From Somniosus microcephalus (taxonomy: Eukaryota): 64,000 nucleotides of DNA. Location: contig CM126212.1 in NCBI GenBank assembly GCA_052327205.1, positions 52,824,001 to 52,888,000 of the forward strand, in the 5' to 3' direction. Positions 61,001 to 64,000 of this stretch are shown in pieces. The position numbers and the translations under genes are program-made. Below the pieces are notes generated by a model that worked only from the letters and a program-made list of their open reading frames with translations, made no database searches and was not told the DNA's origin. Every line of letters starts with the position of its first letter. Within the stretch, counting starts at the first letter, position 1.

Positions 61001-63508
61001 AGCGAGGGCATCATAGCTGAGCCCATTCCTATCCTCGCCCAATCTCCATGTAGGCATACTCTTCAGGTAGCGACCACTGAATAGCAATCAGGTGGGGGAA
61101 GCCCAGTTGATTGCCCCCTCCCCGGCCCAGGGGTGCTGAGGCCAATTACAGTGTCTCACTGCCACCCCAGCTCAGATCAACAGACTCAGCACTTGCCCTT
61201 TGTCTGAACCTACGACCTCCCTTGTCTCTGCTTCTTAACTATTCAATGCCTTTACTAACTGAGCAATCAGGGGAAGATCATCTTAAAATTCTTTTGAAGT
61301 GTATATCTGTTTCTTGCTAATCTAGGCTGCATGTCCTGGTCAATATTTATCCCTCAACCAACATTACTAAAACAGATGATCTAGTCCTTATTTCATTGCT
61401 GTTTGTGGGACCTTGCTGTGCGCAAATTGGCTGCCCTGTTTCCTACAATACAACAGTGACTACACTTCAAAAGTACTTCATTGGTTGTAAAGCACATTGG
61501 GACATCCTCAGGTCGTGAAAGGCGCTATATAAATGCAAGTCTTTCCTTATTGTAGCATACTCCTTTGCTTAAACCACATAGACTGTTGTATCTGTATATG
61601 TATTTAGGGATTTTATTTTAAACTGGAATTTGCTAAATGAAAGGGGCATAAAGCTATAGCTCAGGCCTTGCTCTGGTAATCCCTCACCTGGCTACCTGCC
61701 CAATTGGTGAATGTCTTCATATTCAAATAAGCAGACTGACACAACGGCCTCGATTTTAACTGACCCATGGAGTCGGGATTGGAGGCGTGCGGGGGGTTAA
61801 AGTCCCGAATTCGGGGGTCCCGACACCATCCCGCCCCCAACCCGCCTCCATGTAAGTTTCAAAGGAGGCGGGTACCCGCCCCGCACTGGGAACCGCCTAC
61901 CCGAGGCGGGAAGGGATTAGTGACAATTAACTGCCTGTTAACAGGTAGTTAACAGGCAGTTTTTAGCCTAATCCCTATTTTTAATCTTGAACTGTGGGAT
62001 TCTGGACGGCTCCAAACCACGCCAAGTTAGAGGAGTCGGGCCGTTGGGTTGAAGGACTTGAAGGGGTCGAGATGTCGGTGTTCAGGTGAGTGATGGGTGC
62101 ATGAGTGCAAAGGTAAGTGTGTTTGGTGTGTCTAAAGTGTGTAAAGAAGTTTAAATTACCTGTACTTACCTTTTTAGCCTTCCTTCCTCTAGGTTTCGGG
62201 AGTCCATCATCTAACCGGCACAGAAAGCAGAACGGCTGCGAACTGTCAAAAGTGACAGCCTGCAGCTTTCTGTGCCGGAGAGATTTCTAACTGAGTCTGT
62301 GCAGAAGGACTCAGGTTAGAAGTCAGACTGTCAGTGTTTGACAGCTTCAAACAGCTGTGAAACACTGATATTTCATCTGTCAAAACGTCTTGACAGATGA
62401 AATTTCAGTCTGTGACGTCACCTGTTGCCGGGTGGCCCTTAATTGGCCAGCTGAGCCCGCTGGGCGGACTCAACAAGGTCAATCAAGTTAAAATCGCGTG
62501 GATTGGCCGCATCTCGATGGAGGCAGGACTACAACCCCGAAAGTTGCAGTTCCGCCTCCTTCCCGACTTCTGAGTGAAAATCACCCCCAACATGTTTGTG
62601 TGTTGTGCACTGGATCAGCAACACAGATAGAAAGTAATTTGGTTCTATCCAGACGATGCACTTGTTTTGCAATTCCTATTTTGCTGAATATTTAACCCTC
62701 TGAGCACCAATTTCCTCAGTAATTGTGGAAAGTGTACTGGGCGTAAAATTCCTTCTGCCGATACTTTTAGATGTCAGCCAGTTGCTCAGTGGGTAGCATT
62801 CTCGCCTCTGAGTCAGAAGGCTGTGGGTTCAAGTCCCACTCCAGAGACTTGAGCACAAAAGTCTAGGCAGACACTCCAGTGCAGTACTGAGGGAGAGCTG
62901 CACTGTCAGAGGTGCCATCTTTTAGATGAGACGTTAAACCGAGATCCTGTCTACGCTCTCAGGTGGACGTAAGAAATCCCATGGAACTATTTCGAAGAAG
63001 AGCTGGGGAGTTCTCCCCGGTGTCCTGGCCAATATTTATCCCTCAATTAACATCACTAAATCAGACTATCTGGTCATTATCACATTGCTGTTTGTGGGAC
63101 CTTGTTGTGCACAAATCGGCTGCCACGTTTCCTACATTACAACTGTGATTACACTTCAAAAGTACTGTAGTTTCTAGCAACAAACTCCATAGAACTCGCG
63201 TGGTATCAGCCTTGAGCATGGATTTAGGTAAAATAGAATAAAAGCACCTTCAGCAATTAGAGACAATAATGGTCCAGAAATTGGTTTGCACCTGATTTGG
63301 GGCTCAAACCCAATGGTGGCCAAGAGCTACTGTGCCAAAACTGAATCAGGATGTGAGGGGCGTGCTCGGGATGTCAGACCCCTTCAAAGAGGCAGTGCAG
63401 GGGACAAAACCTTTGTAGTTCAAGCTCTCTTACCTGCCCTGCTCATCCCTTGCTATCATCAGCCGCATGTCATTGGATGAAGAGGCTGCTCGAAGGATTT
63501 CCACTGCA
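3944..63508 (-). CDS. STXBP4-like: Syntaxin-binding protein 4-like gene (two-PDZ form), 10 internal coding exons; both ends of the gene lie outside the window
   Basis: Exons 63434-63508, 34950-35029, 33551-33704, 29806-29947, 27307-27413, 24976-25126, 22678-22750, 15368-15462, 9307-9403, 3944-4071 all have AG/GT ends, matching phases, and splice into one open frame. PDZ ([35 protein letters not shown]...[30 protein letters not shown]) and [22 protein letters not shown]...[17 protein letters not shown] resemble STXBP4. Ortholog versus paralog is not resolved. Confidence 0.9.
5148..8395 (+). mobile_element. Near full-length decayed LINE (APE-RT, CR1/L2/jockey-group) with tRNA-like 5' head and no ORF1
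   Basis: A-box TAGCGTAGTGG 5157-5167, diverged B-box 5220-5231; endonuclease from 5582 (GDFN, LDLVL, SDH); RT motifs [32 protein letters not shown]; A-rich tail. Confidence 0.88.
8601..8800 (+). mobile_element. CR1 3' fragment (ctatga-tail family)
   Basis: Near-identical to 46988-47177. Confidence 0.8.
9010..9140 (-). mobile_element. 3' fragment of the same LINE family as 5148-8395
   Basis: Reverse complement of about 8240-8385. Confidence 0.7.
9307..9403 (-). CDS. STXBP4-like: STXBP4-like exon i ([32 protein letters not shown]), EF-hand-like region
   Basis: ttgtag acceptor, GAG/gtaaag donor, 97 nt, phase 0-1. Confidence 0.9.
9531..9785 (-). mobile_element. Old CR1 3' fragment
   Basis: acagcacagaaacaggcc...cggccc 3' end motif and WVKKFLL-type antisense signature. 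Confidence 0.65.
10548..10915 (+). mobile_element. Deu-domain tRNA SINE (SacSINE1-like), degraded
   Basis: gatgtaaaagatcctatggcactattccaagaagagcagg core shared with the other copies. Confidence 0.7.
11091..13832 (-). mobile_element. CR1 LINE (shark HER1-like), 5'-truncated ORF2 with two frameshifts
   Basis: APE (YRPP, GDFN, SDH) 12483-13760; RT ([20 protein letters not shown]) 11464-12468; C-terminus 11187-11474; short repeat tail. Confidence 0.95.
14039..14052 (+). promoter_or_regulatory. Candidate CTCF site in apparently unique intronic DNA
   Basis: CCACCAGATGGAGC closely matches the CTCF core; motif match only. Confidence 0.35.
15368..15462 (-). CDS. STXBP4-like: STXBP4-like exon h (AKTSILKE...[16 protein letters not shown])
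   Basis: ctacag acceptor, TTG/gtaagt donor, 95 nt, phase 1-0. Confidence 0.9.
16681..16917 (+). repeat. About 39-bp tandem array in Gypsy B 5' UTR
   Basis: gggagacgccattgagccgcggagaagcagggagagcgc three times, then diverged units. Confidence 0.88.
16943..20891 (+). pseudogene. gag-pol of Gypsy B, nearly intact
   Basis: Two CCHC knuckles, LDTGS protease, YLDD RT, integrase SDNG/GLAER; frameshift near 19050 and in-frame TAG near 19227. Confidence 0.92.
21503..21965 (+). mobile_element. Deu-domain tRNA SINE
   Basis: tRNA head, ggaggtgccatttttcggatgagacattaaaccgaggcc core, ctatatataaatgcaagttctttc tail. Confidence 0.85.
22067..22268. mobile_element. Short TIR element (Harbinger-type MITE)
   Basis: ggagctggatttaac ... 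gttaaaatcgactcc imperfect inverted ends. Confidence 0.5.
22678..22750 (-). CDS. STXBP4-like: STXBP4-like exon g ([24 protein letters not shown])
   Basis: Strong pyrimidine tract + ctacag acceptor, CAG/gtatct donor, 73 nt, phase 0-1 bridges exons f and h. Confidence 0.8.
23499..24240. mobile_element. Harbinger-type MITE with perfect 18-bp TIRs
   Basis: GGCCCAGAAATTCGGGTC ... GACCCGAATTTCTGGGCC; CpG-rich arms, AT-rich core, internal hairpin 24189-24219. Confidence 0.85.
24372..24810 (-). mobile_element. Deu-domain tRNA SINE
   Basis: Reverse complement of the 21503-21965 family. Confidence 0.85.
24976..25126 (-). CDS. STXBP4-like: STXBP4-like exon f ([12 protein letters not shown]...[10 protein letters not shown])
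   Basis: ttaaag acceptor, AAG/gtcagt donor, 151 nt, phase 2-0; TIAFL fits the last PDZ strand. Confidence 0.85.
25968..26413 (-). mobile_element. Deu-domain tRNA SINE
   Basis: Full head (agctgtggctcggtggtagc...ggttcaagccc), core and tail. Confidence 0.88.
26424..27275 (+). mobile_element. 5'-truncated, internally deleted copy of the 5148-8395 LINE
   Basis: 26424-26582 matches about 6655-6812, then jumps to about 7690-8385. Confidence 0.9.
27307..27413 (-). CDS. STXBP4-like: STXBP4-like exon e, C-half of PDZ ([14 protein letters not shown]...)
   Basis: ttgaag acceptor, TAC/gtaagt donor, 107 nt, phase 0-2. Confidence 0.92.
27810..28053 (-). mobile_element. HE1-like V-SINE, 5'-truncated
   Basis: V-domain gtgtggagtttgcacattctcc...gggtttcctccgggtgctccggtttcctcccacagtccaaag, CR1-type tail and (attctgtg)n end. 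Confidence 0.85.
29806..29947 (-). CDS. STXBP4-like: STXBP4-like exon d, N-half of PDZ (GLGL loop)
   Basis: acttag acceptor, AAA/gtaaga donor, 142 nt, phase 2-0. Confidence 0.92.
30353..31180. mobile_element. Structured MITE copy 1 (Harbinger-type TIRs)
   Basis: ggcctagattttca ... tgaaaatccagccc; colinear with 61746-62588. Confidence 0.85.
32930..33050 (+). mobile_element. Deu-SINE 3' tail fragment
   Basis: tttcctacattacaacagtgactacacttcaaaagtac...ataaatgcaagttc. Confidence 0.75.
33551..33704 (-). CDS. STXBP4-like: STXBP4-like exon c, Ser-rich linker
   Basis: gaacag acceptor, ACA/gtatgt donor, 154 nt, phase 1-2. Confidence 0.85.
34950..35029 (-). CDS. STXBP4-like: STXBP4-like exon b ([26 protein letters not shown])
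   Basis: gaacag acceptor, CTG/gtaagt donor, 80 nt, phase 2-1. Confidence 0.85.
35150..36065 (+). mobile_element. Deu-domain SINE interrupted by a CR1 fragment
   Basis: SINE 5' part 35150-35410 resumes near 35882; ttaaacc on both sides of the insert. Confidence 0.85.
35411..35881 (+). mobile_element. CR1 3' fragment (same family as 11091-13832)
   Basis: [12 protein letters not shown]...[10 protein letters not shown], 3' UTR and tail. Confidence 0.9.
36331..37142. mobile_element. Non-autonomous hAT (Charlie-like) element
   Basis: TIRs CAGGGGTTCTCAAC / GTTGAGAGCCCCTG; 8-bp TSD TTTTAAGG / TTTTAAAG. Confidence 0.88.
37190..37355. repeat. Degraded palindromic Penelope-derived repeat
   Basis: aataaaaccagaaaatgttg ... 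cagcattttctgtttctatt inverted arms; resembles 57260-57355. Confidence 0.45.
37660..38881 (+). mobile_element. L2 LINE fragment with internal deletion
   Basis: RT motifs [28 protein letters not shown]; C-terminus KLWNSFP; (gtt)n tail. Confidence 0.9.
38883..39075 (-). mobile_element. L2 3' fragment, tail-to-tail with the previous copy
   Basis: Reverse complement of about 38570-38820. Confidence 0.75.
39187..40515. mobile_element. Internally deleted PIF/Harbinger element with Myb/SANT-like ORF remnant (40126-40350, minus)
   Basis: [33 protein letters not shown] resembles the N-terminus of Harbinger Myb/SANT proteins; ends approximate. Confidence 0.6.
39297..39720 (-). mobile_element. CR1 3' fragment inserted in the Harbinger remnant
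   Basis: Near-identical to 11098-11520. Confidence 0.9.
40620..40970 (-). mobile_element. L2 fragment
   Basis: RYLHSSNSG...[17 protein letters not shown]. Confidence 0.75.
41351..46011 (+). mobile_element. Full-length CsRn1-clade Ty3/Gypsy retrotransposon C
   Basis: LTRs 41351-41724 and 45659-46011 (21-bp deletion in 3' LTR), 4-bp TSD ATAT, PBS TGGTGACCCCGAC (tRNA-Trp), gag CHCC motif [18 protein letters not shown], poly-G PPT. Confidence 0.95.
41772..45620 (+). pseudogene. gag-pol of element C, decayed
   Basis: [21 protein letters not shown] gag start, CDTGA protease, YLDD RT, TDAS RNase H, SDRG/GLCER integrase, PYTGPF; several stops and frameshifts. Confidence 0.9.
46571..47177 (+). mobile_element. 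CR1 3' fragment (ctatga-tail family)
   Basis: [28 protein letters not shown]...; tail continues at 47794-47804 after a MITE. Confidence 0.9.
47178..47793. mobile_element. GC-rich Harbinger-type MITE inserted in the CR1 tail
   Basis: GGAGGCAAAATT ... AATTTTCCCCCC ends, 3-bp TSD TAT. Confidence 0.8.
50426..51244 (+). mobile_element. Solo LTR (Gypsy-type), 819 bp, with internal tandem arrays
   Basis: TGTGAGGGT...ACCCTGACA ends, 5-bp TSD CTTTC, AGTAAA near 51117; CR1 ORF2 rejoins when removed. Confidence 0.88.
55264..55300 (-). ncRNA. Identical hammerhead ribozyme in the inverted pLTR
   Basis: Exact reverse complement of 57556-57592. Confidence 0.85.
57556..57592 (+). ncRNA. Minimal type I hammerhead ribozyme in Penelope pLTR
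   Basis: TCAC-CTGACGA-A-GGAGC-AGC-GCTCC-GAAA-GC-TT-GTGA: intact core, stems I and II, palindromic stem III. Confidence 0.85.
60621..60742. mobile_element. 122-bp hAT-type MITE
   Basis: CAATGTTCCCTCTAA ... TTAAAGGGAACATTG inverted ends; TSD decayed. Confidence 0.7.
61333..61548 (+). mobile_element. Deu-SINE 3' half
   Basis: gtcctggtcaatatttatccctcaacc ... gcgctatataaatgcaagtc. Confidence 0.85.
61746..62588. mobile_element. Structured MITE copy 2
   Basis: ggcctcgatttt ... aaaatcaccccc, probable 3-bp TSD AAC; colinear with 30353-31180. Confidence 0.85.
62770..63165 (+). mobile_element. Deu-domain tRNA SINE
   Basis: A/B boxes gctcagtgg / ggttcaagtccc and complete Deu core. Confidence 0.9.
63434..63508 (-). 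CDS. STXBP4-like: STXBP4-like exon a: C-terminal helix/strand of an upstream PDZ ([24 protein letters not shown])
   Basis: Pyrimidine tract + ttctag acceptor, GGCAG/gtaaga donor, 75 nt, phase 2-2, joins exon b in frame. Confidence 0.85.
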
Positions 63509-63548
63509 CTAGAAATAAGAAAAAGAGAGGGTATTAATAAATCCAGGC

Positions 63549-63660
63549 ACATTACAACAGCGACTACACTTCTAAAGAAATTAATTGGCTGTAAAGTGCT
63601 TTGCAATGTCCTAAGATCGTGAAAGGCGCTATATAAATGCAAGTCTTTCCTTCTTTCTTT
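63549..63660 (+). mobile_element. Deu-SINE tail fragment
   Basis: acattacaacagcgactacac...ggcgctatataaatgcaagtc. Confidence 0.75.
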
Positions 63661-64000
63661 CAGGTGTACACTTGTCCTTTGGAAATATTAAAAAGCAACG
63701 TTTACCAAGAAGACATTAAATGTAGGGTCAGGAGGATCACTCCTGCTCCTCCTGGTTCTACATTCAGGTATGCAAATGTCAAAAGCTTATCTTTTTGGTA
63801 GCAGGCGATCCCAAGTCCTAGTTTTACCAAGTGCAACCACCGCTGGTGCTGGCTGGCTCAAGGCAAACCAATCTTGTGGTGAGAGCCTCAAACAGGCATC
63901 AGGCCCCTTATTGGCCCAATACCTGGACACCTATTTTTTTCCTTTACCAATATGGCAAGTGGCGCACTTCCAGCCGGAAATCTGCATGCCCTTCCTGCCT

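Noticed and set aside
62770-62845. tRNA gene (also 26345-26413, 35155-35225, 5155-5240)
   Set aside because: A/B boxes continue into SINE/LINE bodies; no complete cloverleaf or terminator
1-64000. Hundreds of short ORFs in the six-frame track
   Set aside because: Nearly all are antisense or off-frame readings of TEs, or chance ORFs; only TE ORFs and the spliced host exons have recognisable motifs

Overview
Eukaryotic, not prokaryotic: vertebrate genomic DNA, almost certainly a shark or ray (HE1/V-SINE, SacSINE1-like Deu-SINEs and shark-type CR1 LINEs). The whole window lies inside one minus-strand protein-coding gene, a syntaxin-binding protein 4 (STXBP4/Synip)-like gene. I reconstructed 10 phase-consistent GT-AG coding exons (63508 down to 3944) encoding the end of one PDZ domain, a Ser-rich linker, a complete second PDZ domain and the STXBP4-type EF-hand-like region. 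The introns are dominated by decayed mobile elements: four Ty3/Gypsy LTR retrotransposons (three with both LTRs, TSDs and PBS), a solo LTR, CR1, L2 and an ORF1-less tRNA-headed LINE, a Penelope element with hammerhead ribozymes, hAT and Harbinger-type MITEs, and many SINEs. Highlights: a five-layer nested insertion (48280-61270), two copies of a highly structured MITE with a compensatory base-pair swap and splice-donor motifs on both strands, and several non-canonical retroelement features. Exon, LTR and TSD coordinates were counted by hand; SINE/LINE fragment edges are approximate. Family names come from recalled consensus features, not database searches.
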